The notes beneath the pieces are model-generated. The model was not told the DNA's origin. It made no database searches and was given only the letters and a program-made list of their open reading frames with translations. Position numbers and translations under genes: made by a program. Positions 40,478 to 48,032 of a DNA stretch of 62,719 bases are shown one piece after another (the first letter of the stretch is position 1; each line of letters opens with the position of its first letter). The stretch is taken from the IMG/VR virus record IMGVR_UViG_3300007171_000012; one strand, given 5' to 3'. This DNA comes from an uncultured virus (IMG/VR IMGVR_UViG_3300007171_000012) (Duplodnaviria; Heunggongvirae; Uroviricota; Caudoviricetes).

Positions 40478-40555
40478 GGGGCTGTATCGGAACTGCCTTC
40501 TAAGCAGTGGCACCGTAAGGGAACGATGCAGGTTCGAATCCTGCCAGCCCCGCCA
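40478..40555 (+). tRNA. tRNA-Arg(TCT)-like lacking the D arm, with long variable region
   Basis: GGGGCTG/CAGCCCC-GCCA; only TATCGGA before ACTGC-cttctaa-GCAGT; canonical T arm. Confidence 0.7.
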
Positions 40556-40556
40556 T

Positions 40557-40916
40557 TTATTTTTCAAAAAAATGCCTTGTTCTATGACACATGCAACAAA
40601 GCAAAGCGCATTTATTTACTTCTTCAATACAACTTGATAAAGAAATCTTTCTCATTCTTTCCCAAACCATATCTTTTTGTTTCGGATCTTTGTGGTGGAA
40701 ATCGAAAAGATAATAATTTTGATTTGTCGCAACCAATTTACAATCTTCGCATTCAGATCCCTTATGGTCGATCATGTCGAGTTTGCGCTGAATCCAGCGG
40801 TCGCGGCAGTAGTTATTAAAACATTTTTTACAAAGAGAATTAGTTCGATTTTCTTTTCCTTTGCTGTAGAAGCAATTATCTGATTTTTCTTCTTTACAAG
40901 TGCTACAAATTTTCAT
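40557..40916 (-). CDS. HNH endonuclease (free-standing)
   Basis: CxxC...CxxC, G..C..C, FDFHH.DP..K, KCALLC..CHR.RH. Confidence 0.85.
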   Translation of the reverse strand: MKICSTCKEEKSDNCFYSKGKENRTNSLCKKCFNNYCRDRWIQRKLDMIDHKGSECEDCKLVATNQNYYLFDFHHKDPKQKDMVWERMRKISLSSCIEEVNKCALLCCMCHRTRHFFEK

Positions 40917-40961
40917 ATAAGTATTTACACTTGCTTAGTAGCAAAAAGACTAATTTTTTAT

Positions 40962-41051
40962 GGGTGTGTGGTCGAGTGGTTTATGGCGTCGGTCTTGAAA
41001 ACCGAAGGTGGTGAAAGCTGCCCGTGGGTTCAAATCCTACCGCACCCGCCA
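40962..41051 (+). tRNA. tRNA-Ser(TGA)
   Basis: Type II cloverleaf, CCA. Confidence 0.93.
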
Positions 41052-41060
41052 ATTTTCAAT

Positions 41061-41137
41061 CCCTGTCTGGTGTAAGTGGTCTGCACGATTCGCTGAAGAC
41101 GAGTAGGATGCCTGATCGAAACGGGCGACAGGGGCCA
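41061..41137 (+). tRNA. tRNA-Phe(GAA)
   Basis: ATTCG-ctgaaga-CGAGT; T loop ATCGAAA; CCA. Confidence 0.85.
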
Positions 41138-41245
41138 ATTTTTCAATTGACATTCATCTGAAAAGAGCCTATAGTGAACGCAACAGTAAGTCACATGCTT
41201 CGGCAGACTATGATAGCGGGCAAATCACATGTGATGAATATCAAA

Positions 41246-41320
41246 CGGGGTGAAGCTTTAATGGTGAAGCAGCAGGCTTTTAACTTGCAGAACTGGGATC
41301 GTTACCCAGCGCCCTGACCA
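41246..41320 (+). tRNA. tRNA-Lys(TTT)
   Basis: GCAGG-cttttaa-CTTGC; T loop ATCGTTA; CCA. Confidence 0.88.
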
Positions 41321-41328
41321 ATTTTTAT

Positions 41329-41405
41329 GCAACAAAAGCCACAGCGGACGGGCATCTGACTCTTACTCAGCTATCGTGTGGGTTCAACTCCCACTTGTTG
41401 CACCA
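41329..41405 (+). tRNA. tRNA-Lys(CTT)
   Basis: CTGA-ctcttac-TCAG; CCA. Confidence 0.82.
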
Positions 41406-41413
41406 TTTTCAAA

Positions 41414-41489
41414 TCCCAAGTAGCACAGCGGTAGTTGCGACTGGCTGTTAACCAGTATGTCGGTGGTTCGATCCCACCCTTGGGAGCCA
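41414..41489 (+). tRNA. tRNA-Asn(GTT)
   Basis: Canonical cloverleaf, CCA. Confidence 0.93.
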
Positions 41490-41496
41490 ATTTAAT

Positions 41497-41577
41497 TGTG
41501 GGAAGCGAATTATAGCACGATCAACAATTTCTCTTGCAAGAATGATCGGAGTGGTGAAAGTCCCTGTCTCACAGCCA
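41497..41577 (+). ncRNA. degenerate tRNA-like CCA-ended RNA
   Basis: TGTGGGA/TCTCACA-GCCA; extended CGATCA/TGATCG arm; no canonical D or T loops. Confidence 0.5.
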
Positions 41578-41585
41578 ATTTTTAC

Positions 41586-41659
41586 GGTCCATAAGCATTA
41601 TGGCGATGCACCCTCCTTGTAAGTGGGAGATGTCAGTTCGATTCTGACATGGGCCTCCA
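41586..41659 (+). tRNA. tRNA-Thr(TGT)
   Basis: Cloverleaf, cttgtaa loop, CCA. Confidence 0.9.
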
Positions 41660-41671
41660 TTTTTAAAAGAT

Positions 41672-41809
41672 TTATAGTGGTGACATGAGTTGGTTACTTC
41701 TATTCTAAAGACGAGGCGCAGGTTCGAATCCTGCCGCAACTGCCCATAGGTGAGAGCGTAGCTCAGTGGTTAGAGCGCGAAAAATACCAAATCAGAACAT
41801 TCCCTATAA
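41672..41809 (+). ncRNA. YrlA-type Y RNA #2 (permuted tRNA-like module)
   Basis: TTATAGTGG...TTCCCTATAA stem, GTTACTTC motif; T arm GCAGGTTCGAATCCTGC precedes D arm TAGCTCAGTGGTTAGAGC. Confidence 0.8.
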
Positions 41810-41813
41810 TAAT

Positions 41814-41888
41814 TGGACTATAGCTCAGAGGCAGAGCGCACGCCCGATAAGCGTGAAGTCGAGATTTCGAAATTCTCTAGTCCAACCA
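41814..41888 (+). tRNA. tRNA-Ile(GAT)
   Basis: CACGC-ccgataa-GCGTG (C33); CCA. Confidence 0.88.
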
Positions 41889-41947
41889 ATTTTTTCTTGA
41901 CAGTCACCAAAACGCCTCTTAATATGCGAACCAGTTTGGTGCTTAAT

Positions 41948-42022
41948 AGGCGCGTAGCTGAGTGGTTGTAGCACCTCCTTGATAAGGTGGAGACGCAGGT
42001 TCAATCCCTGCCGCGCCTACCA
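41948..42022 (+). tRNA. tRNA-Ile(GAT)
   Basis: Cloverleaf, ttgataa loop, CCA. Confidence 0.88.
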
Positions 42023-42039
42023 AATTTTCAAAAAACAGG

Positions 42040-42067
42040 TTGACAAAATCAGAAATATCTGCATAAT
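42040..42067 (+). promoter_or_regulatory. sigma70-type promoter of the large ncRNA
   Basis: TTGACA-N16-CATAAT. Confidence 0.7.
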
Positions 42068-42074
42068 CAATCAC

Positions 42075-43030
42075 ATCGCCGCGACGAACTAAGAGTTCTT
42101 CAAAGCGATCTTGGGAAAACAAAGAGTTTCCTTCGTAAAAAGTTCTTTAATATCATAAAAAATTTGCCCGCTTGGGGGCATTACAGGATAATCCAGAAGC
42201 GATTCTGGGAAAGGGATAAGGTTCCTACACCGCCCACTAATTTAGTTCGCTAAGTTAGCCCACCAAGCAAGCCGAGAGATACGACAATATAAGCCATTAA
42301 AACTTATGTTGTTGAAGCCTACGGGTCGAAGAGAGTAAAACAGTGAGGTCAACGATGTAGCTGGTTCTGAAAGGAAAACTCAAATGGGTCTGAAAGCATG
42401 AATCTCAAAGGGTAGTCATAAGTCAGAGTAGAGATACAAAGGCGAATGGCATGCTGAGAGGTTGCCTGAGAGTCAAATCGAGGGTAGTCTTGACTGCGAT
42501 GAAAAAGTAGCGATACTGATTCTAGTTGATGTGTTGTATTCTTGATTTTGAGAGATTTTGAGAGCAGCGTGGTTGCGCACATTGACGTAGGTTTCCATTT
42601 ATTTTGCTGGTTCGAGTCCAGCCTCCCCCGCCATCAGAGCATCCAGCTTATGCTTTGACGGGGGGAGTAGCCAAATGGGTAAAGGCAGTTGCATATTAAA
42701 CAACGTATAAATATTAAAAGCAAAAGACGTAACCCCGAACGCTCGAAAATCGACTAAGACAGAAGCGAAAGCAATTCTGTGCGAACCTTGGCTCGCAAAG
42801 CACAAGGCGTTTGATCAGAGAAGGAAATCTTGCAGGACGGCCATCCTCCGAGGTTCTAGAAATGATCGAGTAGAGTAAACGGTAAATCGCAAATGCCAGC
42901 GATTCATAAAATGGCGTCGATGACTGGATACTATCGAGAGGTAGTGGATAAGTAAGGAAATAGTGGCTTGGAATGCTGCTTAATAATCTTATGAAAGACT
43001 GGTCGCCCTAGCCTGTAATCTCAGGGCTTA
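42075..43030 (+). ncRNA. large (~950 nt) structured ncRNA, probably GOLLD-class
   Basis: No credible ORF, purine-rich with many hairpins, own promoter, inside a phage tRNA array, embedded tRNA-like module; class recalled from memory, not searched. Confidence 0.6.
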
Positions 43031-43095
43031 GATAACAATTTTCGATTGACTTCCCGCGCCTCTGATGCAAGCGTAATTCGGGAAGTGTTTTTAAA

Positions 43096-43170
43096 GCGTG
43101 TATCGTATAATGGTTATTATACAACGTTGCCAACGTTGATATGTCAGTTCGATTCTGACTACACGCACCA
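43096..43170 (+). tRNA. tRNA-Gly(GCC)
   Basis: CAACG-ttgccaa-CGTTG; CCA. Confidence 0.92.
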
Positions 43171-43180
43171 ATTTTCATAT

Positions 43181-43278
43181 CGTGCAGTTGCCTAGCTTGG
43201 TAAGGAGCCTGACTTGGAATCAGGTAGCGGGGACAAGAGTGTTTACCGTCGTGGGTTCGAATCCCACCTGCGCGACCA
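43181..43278 (+). tRNA. tRNA-Pro(TGG) with long variable arm
   Basis: CCTGA-cttggaa-TCAGG, ~26-nt variable region, canonical T arm, CCA. Confidence 0.8.
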
Positions 43279-43286
43279 ATTTTAAA

Positions 43287-43364
43287 TAGGTATTAGCGTA
43301 ACTTGGCTATCGCGCTACATTTGGGATGTAGAGATTATGGGTTCAAATCCCATATACCTAACCA
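43287..43364 (+). tRNA. tRNA-Pro(TGG)
   Basis: CTACA-tttggga-TGTAG; CCA. Confidence 0.9.
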
Positions 43365-43371
43365 ATTTATT

Positions 43372-43451
43372 TGCCTCGGCATCGGATGCTTGGTGATCCA
43401 CGCGCTAATCGCGGAAATGTTAATGCGGTTCGAATCCGCAGCTAGGCACCA
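43372..43451 (+). ncRNA. tRNA-like RNA with non-canonical anticodon arm
   Basis: D arm GGAT/ATCC, CGCG-ctaat-CGCG, perfect T arm TGCGGTTCGAATCCGCA, CCA. Confidence 0.6.
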
Positions 43452-43465
43452 GATTTCAAAAAAAC

Positions 43466-43540
43466 GGCCTGATCATATAACGGTTATTATGCACCCTTGG
43501 TATGGGTGATACTGGAGTTCGACTCTCCATCGGGCCTCCA
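43466..43540 (+). tRNA. tRNA-Thr(GGT)
   Basis: CACCC-ttggtat-GGGTG; CCA. Confidence 0.9.
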
Positions 43541-43553
43541 AACAATTTTCAAT

Positions 43554-43628
43554 GGGCGGTTAGTATAACGGAAGAATACTTGAATACGAATCAAGAGACG
43601 GCGGGTTCAATTCCCCCACTGCCTACCA
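43554..43628 (+). tRNA. tRNA-Arg(ACG)
   Basis: CTTGA-atacgaa-TCAAG; CCA. Confidence 0.85.
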
Positions 43629-43645
43629 GTTTTAATAAATTTTAA

Positions 43646-43720
43646 GGTCCATTAGTGTAAAGGAAGCATCACTAGATTGTCAATCTTGAGGAAGGGGATC
43701 GTTCCCCCTATGGACCGCCA
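43646..43720 (+). tRNA. tRNA-Asp(GTC)
   Basis: ttgtcaa loop, G73, T loop ATCGTTC, CCA. Confidence 0.87.
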
Positions 43721-43810
43721 ATTTCGCCGTAAAGCACAAGAGGTTAGTAACGCGCCTGATTACTGATTATGATGCGAGAGATCGGGCTTAGGGTTCTCAC
43801 GGCAATATAT

Positions 43811-43886
43811 GGGCGCACATGTTCCTTGGGGGCGATTGTCACTTGCAATGACGATGTGGCGAGTTCAATTCTCGTTGTGTCCACCA
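43811..43886 (+). tRNA. tRNA-Ala(TGC)
   Basis: G3:U70, cttgcaa loop, CCA; weak D arm. Confidence 0.82.
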
Positions 43887-44093
43887 TTTTTTTTACTTTA
43901 AAAAGCCGTGTTGGAGTGGCAACCAACTAGCCATAGGTGAATAAAATAGGCGAAGAGTAGCGGGTTGTTCCGCAAAACACTGTGGGTAATCCCCGCGATA
44001 GCAGTAGCGTTATTGGTGAATATATGGGAGTTTTTTGTTTGACAAAACGTAGATCATATGCTCTACTCTTCGGAGTAACCAACTGTCTAATTT

Positions 44094-44168
44094 GGGGCTA
44101 TGGCGCAATGGTAGCGCAGATCCTTTGCAAGGATAAGGTTGAGAGTTCGAATCTCTCTAGCTCCACCA
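44094..44168 (+). tRNA. tRNA-Ala(TGC)
   Basis: GGGGCTA/TAGCTCC-ACCA, canonical cloverleaf. Confidence 0.93.
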
Positions 44169-44177
44169 AATTTTCAA

Positions 44178-44302
44178 TGCGGTCTAGTCAAAATAAAACC
44201 GAATTAAAAGGCATTAAATCTCGGAATGCCCAAGAAGAAGGAGATTACGGGGTAATTCGGAGTCCCCAGCAAAGGCGTAAGTGACGATTCGCCACCGCAC
44301 CA
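44178..44302 (+). ncRNA. CCA-ended RNA with two predicted pseudoknots
   Basis: TGCGGT/ACCGCA-CCA; GGCATT/AATGCC with AATCTC/GAGATT; GGGG/CCCC with CCGAATTA/TAATTCGG. Confidence 0.6.
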
Positions 44303-44311
44303 ATTTCAAAC

Positions 44312-44385
44312 ATGCCGTTCGTCTAATGGTAAGACTACTGCCTCCAAAACAGAAAACGCGGGTTCGATTCCTGCACGGTATGCCA
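44312..44385 (+). tRNA. tRNA-Trp(CCA)
   Basis: ctccaaa loop, G73, CCA. Confidence 0.87.
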
Positions 44386-44393
44386 ATTTTTAT

Positions 44394-44469
44394 CGCGTCG
44401 TGGGGAGAATGGCTATCTCACTGCCTGCAAAGCAGATTCATGCTGGTTCAAGTCCAGTCGGCGCGTCCA
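44394..44469 (+). tRNA. tRNA-Cys(GCA)
   Basis: CTGC-ctgcaaa-GCAG, U73, CCA. Confidence 0.88.
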
Positions 44470-44507
44470 ATTTCTATTACTCATGAAATTCGTGTAATAA
44501 TGAGTAT

Positions 44508-44927
44508 ATGTCAAAAAAAGACTTAAAAGAAAAAAAATGCAAGAATTGTGGAGAGGTGAAATCTACTAAAGACTTCTATCCTCAAAAAGCTTATAATAAT
44601 GGTATAGTTTATGATACTTGGGATTGCTATTGCAAATCTTGTAGATTAGAAACTTCAGCCGAGCGAAGAAGGGCTTTAAAAAGAAAAGCTATAGAATATC
44701 TTGGTGGAAAATGCGCTGATTGTGGAGAATCAAGAGATATTCCATCTATTTATGATTTTCACCATTTAGATCCTAGCAAAAAAGATTTTTCAATTGGCAA
44801 ACAAGCAAAAAAATTTGATTCTGTGAAGAAAGAACTCGACAAATGTGTTCTTCTTTGTGCAAACTGTCACAGGATAAGACATTCTCAAAATCAAAAGGAG
44901 GTTGGCTTAGAAGCAGCCACGGATTGA
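44508..44927 (+). CDS. HNH endonuclease (free-standing)
   Basis: GGKCADCG...YDFHHLDPS.KDF...KCVLLCANCHR.RH. Confidence 0.87.
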   Translation: MSKKDLKEKKCKNCGEVKSTKDFYPQKAYNNGIVYDTWDCYCKSCRLETSAERRRALKRKAIEYLGGKCADCGESRDIPSIYDFHHLDPSKKDFSIGKQAKKFDSVKKELDKCVLLCANCHRIRHSQNQKEVGLEAATD

Positions 44928-45119
44928 GAATCCTCACGATTTATCGTGACCTTTAAAGAGTAGGACGAAGCACCCAATCCGTGCGAAATGCTAAATAATG
45001 TCGGGCCGTAAAGTGGCATATATTAGTGATGTGCTGTGGGGAAAATGTGGATAGTGATAAGGCACCCCCGAAACGGTAAGGCATATTCTCCTTTTGGCGT
45101 AGTAGCACACTTTTGATTT
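44888..45119 (+). ncRNA. mimic of the 23S rRNA GTPase-associated centre (H43/H44, L11 site) with two insertions
   Basis: AGGAGGTTGGCTTAGAAGCAGCCAC[ins]CCTTTAAAGAGT[ins]GCGTAGTAGCACAC, closed by AAATCAAAAG/CTTTTGATTT. Confidence 0.8.
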
Positions 45120-45123
45120 ATTT

Positions 45124-45585
45124 TTAATTTTGGGCTACGCTGCGACAAAGCTGAATAAATTCATCTGGCAACAGATTATGTTTGGCTTTATTCACGGCGG
45201 AAGTTGTCAAGACTAAGTTATCTAGATTTGAAGATCCTCCTCGGCTCTTTGGAATCTTATGGTCTAGTGAATAAGAAGAGGGAATAGATAAATTTATTGG
45301 TTGACTTGTAAAGTAACATGTCGGATTATCTCCGATATGCTCCAACAAATCAGCTAAAGAAAAGTCAATCGTGTTGCCGTATTTTTTGAAAGCTGTCATT
45401 TTACTTAATAAGTGCTGATTATGATAGCTATCTTTAAACCACGCTCTCTGTTTGGTTTTTCGTTCAGGGTTTAAATGATAGATAACAGTATAATAAGAAC
45501 ATCCTATTATTTCGGAGATTTCTTTATGATTGTGACCGAGATTTTTAAGTCTTTGCATTTCTGATAAATCGTATTTTAAATCCAT
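45124..45585 (-). CDS. HNH endonuclease with N-terminal HTH
   Basis: EISEIIGCS..TV.YHL; SLDHKIPKSRGG....DNL......N.AK. Confidence 0.82.
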   Translation of the reverse strand: MDLKYDLSEMQRLKNLGHNHKEISEIIGCSYYTVIYHLNPERKTKQRAWFKDSYHNQHLLSKMTAFKKYGNTIDFSLADLLEHIGDNPTCYFTSQPINLSIPSSYSLDHKIPKSRGGSSNLDNLVLTTSAVNKAKHNLLPDEFIQLCRSVAQN

Positions 45586-45629
45586 AAAAGTAATTACACT
45601 TGTTGTAATGAAAATAGAAATTTTACAAA

Positions 45630-45704
45630 GGGGAATTAGCTGAGTGGTAAAGCAACTCGTTTACACCGAGGAGATCAGCGGTTCGAATCCGTTATTCCCT
45701 ACCA
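45630..45704 (+). tRNA. tRNA-Val(TAC)
   Basis: CTCG-tttacac-CGAG; CCA. Confidence 0.92.
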
Positions 45705-45712
45705 ATTTTCAT

Positions 45713-45790
45713 GCGTCTGTAGCCCAACTGGCAGCAGGCAATAGATTAAGGGTCTATACAGTGTGGGTTCGAATCCCACCAGACGCACCA
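45713..45790 (+). tRNA. tRNA-Leu(AAG), short variable loop
   Basis: ATAGA-ttaaggg-TCTAT; CCA. Confidence 0.82.
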
Positions 45791-45804
45791 ATCTACAAAT
45801 TCAA

Positions 45805-46029
45805 ATGGCAAATAAAAACACATTAATAACCACCTCATGGTGTGGACCGTGCAAAATAATCAAAGACTTTTTAGCGAAAAATCCAAAAGATATTATTTTG
45901 ATTGACGCAGATGAAAATCAAGAGTATTGTAAAGACAATAACGTAAGAACAGTTCCAACTTTAATTGCGGATGATAAGCGCTTGACTGGCGCAAAAGATA
46001 TTATTGATTACCTTTTAACTCTCTCTTAA
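45805..46029 (+). CDS. thioredoxin/glutaredoxin-like protein
   Basis: WCGPC, VRTVPTL. Confidence 0.85.
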   Translation: MANKNTLITTSWCGPCKIIKDFLAKNPKDIILIDADENQEYCKDNNVRTVPTLIADDKRLTGAKDIIDYLLTLS

Positions 46030-46045
46030 AGAGAAACTTTTCATG

Positions 46046-46165
46046 AAATAGGATCAACTTTGACGGAGTAATTAACCGTGAGTGTTTGGATAGACAACGG
46101 AAGATGTAAGGTTCGATTCCCAACAGGCTCTGGTGAGTATGCATTTTCTAGGAACGGCGTGAAAT
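46046..46165 (+). ncRNA. orphan structured RNA with a T-loop motif
   Basis: GATCA/TGATC closing stem, internal GGTTCGATTCC, 3' T tract. Confidence 0.4.
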
Positions 46166-46199
46166 CCCAGACTGATCTGATTTTTTTGTATTTTATAAT

Positions 46200-46277
46200 G
46201 GCTGCGTAGTCCAACTGGTAGGAGACGTTTGACTTAGAATCAAAACAGTGTCGGTTCGAATCCGACCGCAGCTACCA
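46200..46277 (+). tRNA. tRNA-Leu(TAG), short variable loop
   Basis: TTTGA-cttagaa-TCAAA; CCA. Confidence 0.9.
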
Positions 46278-46319
46278 TTTTTCGCTTGCTTTGTAAATTA
46301 TTTTTGGCATGATCAAAGC

Positions 46320-46667
46320 ATGACGACAATCAAGGATTCAAATGGCGTTGAGTTAACTTATGATGAAACAATCAATGTTGGTGATATTGTTACCGCTTAT
46401 CACAGTGGGTATCATAAAATTACAGAGATAACCCCACGCTACGAAATAGGCGGCAGTCCTCGCGTTCCATTATTTACATATGTTCTTGTTGCTAAAGCTG
46501 ATGGCACGCTTGCAAAAAGAAGCTCTATTACTAAAGAATGTGATGCGAGCTTTTGCCGCCATGTTAAACAAGAACTAGCAAAAACTATCACTAAAAAAAA
46601 GGAAGAACTCGCTCGTCTTGAATCTCTTCAAATTATCTTCGAAAATAATAATGGCTCGTTACGCTAA
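46320..46667 (+). CDS. hypothetical protein
   Basis: ORF with ATG at 46320; 3' end overlaps a tRNA-Leu. Confidence 0.6.
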   Translation: MTTIKDSNGVELTYDETINVGDIVTAYHSGYHKITEITPRYEIGGSPRVPLFTYVLVAKADGTLAKRSSITKECDASFCRHVKQELAKTITKKKEELARLESLQIIFENNNGSLR

Positions 46668-46729
46668 TTGGCAGTGCGGCAATACTCAAAATATTGTGGT
46701 TTTCAGTTCGAATCTGAAACGAGCTACCA
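46653..46729 (+). tRNA. tRNA-Leu(CAA), short variable loop
   Basis: CAATA-ctcaaaa-TATTG; CCA. Confidence 0.87.
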
Positions 46730-46742
46730 TTTAAAATAAAAA

Positions 46743-46772
46743 AAAGACCGTCTTGTAAAAGGCGGTCTTTTT
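46743..46772. terminator. bidirectional intrinsic terminator
   Basis: AAAGACCGTC-ttgtaaaa-GGCGGTCTTT flanked by A and T tracts between convergent genes. Confidence 0.8.
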
Positions 46773-46792
46773 ATATAGATTGATTGTCAATA

Positions 46793-47200
46793 TCAGTTTA
46801 AAGTCAAAAGATACTTGGTCTTATTAAGAGAGCCAAGAATTTCATCCCTAATATTTAAAAGATCAGTATTGGAAAAATAACGCTCCCAAGATTGAAGCAC
46901 TGAAATATTATCATTTAAAAACGAAACGAATGCCGCAGAATCAAGGTTGACGAAACCCATTCCAGCACCGCTGAAATCGAAGCGTCCATAAGCTCCTTGG
47001 TAAGTTTCCACAAACTCGTCAATAGACTCGCTCAAAGCGCTGTAAAGCTCGCCAAAAGCATGATGCTGGGCAAATGAGTAAGTTTGCCAATGGAAAATTT
47101 TAAATTGAATCTGTAATTGAATCAACTTGGAAACAATTCCAGATTGACCCATTGCGGCGATAGACTCAGAAAAGTCTAGTTCAAGTGATTTTTTATTCAT
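46793..47200 (-). CDS. ferritin/Dps-like four-helix bundle protein
   Basis: KIFHWQT.S.A.H.AF.ELY......D.FVE..QG.YGR; N.RDEIL..LNK.KYLLTL. Confidence 0.75.
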   Translation of the reverse strand: MNKKSLELDFSESIAAMGQSGIVSKLIQLQIQFKIFHWQTYSFAQHHAFGELYSALSESIDEFVETYQGAYGRFDFSGAGMGFVNLDSAAFVSFLNDNISVLQSWERYFSNTDLLNIRDEILGSLNKTKYLLTLN

Positions 47201-47283
47201 AAAATATGTTACACTTTTTTCTGTCAAATTCTACAGATTTGTATTGACTATGACGCAAAATGGTGTAGAATGATTTCATAAAC

Positions 47284-47361
47284 GGCTCCATAGCCCAACT
47301 GGCAGCAGGCAACAGACTTAAAATCTGTAAAGTGTGGGTTCGAATCCCACTGGAGCTACCA
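47284..47361 (+). tRNA. tRNA-Leu(TAA), short variable loop
   Basis: ACAGA-cttaaaa-TCTGT; CCA. Confidence 0.9.
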
Positions 47362-47379
47362 ACTTTCATTATAATTAAA

Positions 47380-47452
47380 AGGGGTGTAGCAGAACGGTTA
47401 ATGCGGGCCTCTCATAAAGGTTAGATAATGGGTTCAACTCCCATCGCCCCTA
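47380..47452 (+). tRNA. tRNA-CAT (Met or Ile2), no encoded CCA
   Basis: AGGGGTG/CGCCCCT, ctcataa loop; 3' end overlaps the HNH stop codon. Confidence 0.85.
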
Positions 47453-47986
47453 TTTCATATTTTTATCTGGATTATGAATTTCAAAATGGCAATTAGCGCA
47501 TAGTAATTTACATTTTCTAAATTCTTTTAAAATTGATTCCCAATTTGTATTGGAGAGAATTCTTGAGTCTAATGAAAAAGATTTGTTTTGTGGGTCATTA
47601 TGATGAAATTGCAGGGCAGAAGAATTTTTTTTGTAACCGCAATTGGAGCATTTTCCTCCAGCCATTTTTATTAATTCTAATTTTCTACTAAGTGCTTTGT
47701 TTTTTTGACGTTCATTTGTATTAGGCTGGCTATAATAAGTATTTTTTGATTTACACTCAATTGAGCAATAAAACTTTTGTTGACCAATTAATTGTTTTGA
47801 GCAGCACTTGCAGCTTCTTCCATTTAATAATGTTTTTAAATCTTTTGCTTGAGGAGGATTGTTGGTATTTAACCCCAATTTTCTCAACCAATATCTAATA
47901 GTTGTTTGAGAACAATCCATTTCTTTTGCTATTTGGTAAGTAGATAAATTTTTTGAAATTAAATCTTGCAATTTTTCATAGTTCAT
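47450..47986 (-). CDS. HNH endonuclease with N-terminal HTH
   Basis: STYQIAKEM.CSQTTIRYWL; GGKCSNCG...LQFHH.DP..K...KCKLLCANCH.E.H. Confidence 0.87.
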   Translation of the reverse strand: MNYEKLQDLISKNLSTYQIAKEMDCSQTTIRYWLRKLGLNTNNPPQAKDLKTLLNGRSCKCCSKQLIGQQKFYCSIECKSKNTYYSQPNTNERQKNKALSRKLELIKMAGGKCSNCGYKKNSSALQFHHNDPQNKSFSLDSRILSNTNWESILKEFRKCKLLCANCHFEIHNPDKNMK

Positions 47987-48032
47987 ATATATTATTACAC
48001 AATTCATAACAACTTGTGAACTATTAAATAAT

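Noticed and set aside
43372..43451. Amber suppressor tRNA (CTA) and stop-codon recoding
   Set aside because: The loop is CTAAT with no U33 and an ambiguous anticodon; long genes are uninterrupted under the standard code
43905..44290. Short resemblances to other 23S segments (TAGCGGGTTGTTCC; CGGGGTAA...AAAGGCGTAA)
   Set aside because: Too short and degenerate to separate from chance by eye; alternative local folds explain them
44888..45119. A true 23S rRNA gene or host contamination
   Set aside because: Only ~55 nt of rRNA-like core, split by two insertions, with a non-rRNA closing stem and phage HNH genes on both sides
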